This document shows positions 49,132 through 49,215 of a stretch of DNA of 49,215 nucleotides, one piece after another. The DNA is from an uncultured Deferribacteres bacterium. GTDB taxonomy: Bacteria; Zhuqueibacterota; Zhuqueibacteria; Zhuqueibacterales; Geothermadaptataceae. The notes under the pieces were generated by a model that did not search any database, was not told the DNA's origin, and saw nothing but the letters and a program-made list of their open reading frames with translations. Both the position numbers and the translations under genes were made by a program. Each line of letters starts with the position of its first letter. Position 1 is the first letter of the stretch. Location of the stretch: the NCBI GenBank assembly GCA_964014485.1, contig CAXHAT010000034.1, positions 1 to 49,215 of the forward strand, in the 5' to 3' direction.

Positions 49132-49215
49132 TCTTATTAGCCGCGCGCTTCAGCGCGTGGTCCCGGTGGAGCGTTCTTCTTTTTCTCCCGCCGAGATAGC
49201 TCGGCAGGAGAAGAA
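49132..49215. repeat. TCT(C/T)ATTAGC REP-like unit, copy 3, cut by the window end
   Basis: TCTTATTAGCCGCGCGCTTCAGCGCGTGG ... TCTCCCGCCGAG-ATAG-CTCGGCAGGAGA. Confidence 0.7.

Overview
Bacterial, probably metagenomic, contig of intermediate GC. A secreted protein ending in a 'QNYPNPFNP' sorting domain, a TonB-dependent receptor and icmF suggest an FCB-group lineage such as KSB1 or Calditrichota; this is an inference. Bases 1-46 are Illumina/Nextera adapter, not biology. The backbone carries housekeeping and envelope genes (aroA, queD, icmF, ClC, PlpD-type patatin, NtrC-type regulator, GHMP kinase plus nucleotidyltransferase), several toxin-antitoxin-like pairs, a RAYT transposase and many REP/MITE families. 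The accessory core (about 22.5-35.5 kb) holds the two most interesting systems. (1) Two Lcl/DUF1566 proteins, one fused to a TIR domain and one membrane-anchored, have C-termini with the NNY-codon signature of diversity-generating retroelement variable regions and share a ~150-bp conserved structured 3' element. No RT or template repeat is in the window, so they look like remote DGR targets. (2) An ECF sigma cluster contains a YCII-domain anti-sigma candidate, three paralogous unknown secreted proteins, a serine hydrolase, a repeated ATCCG-N16-CGTCTAA promoter, and two tiny paralogous hydrophobic peptides (motif I[YF]I[DE]PxG[IL]T) that the ORF track does not resolve.
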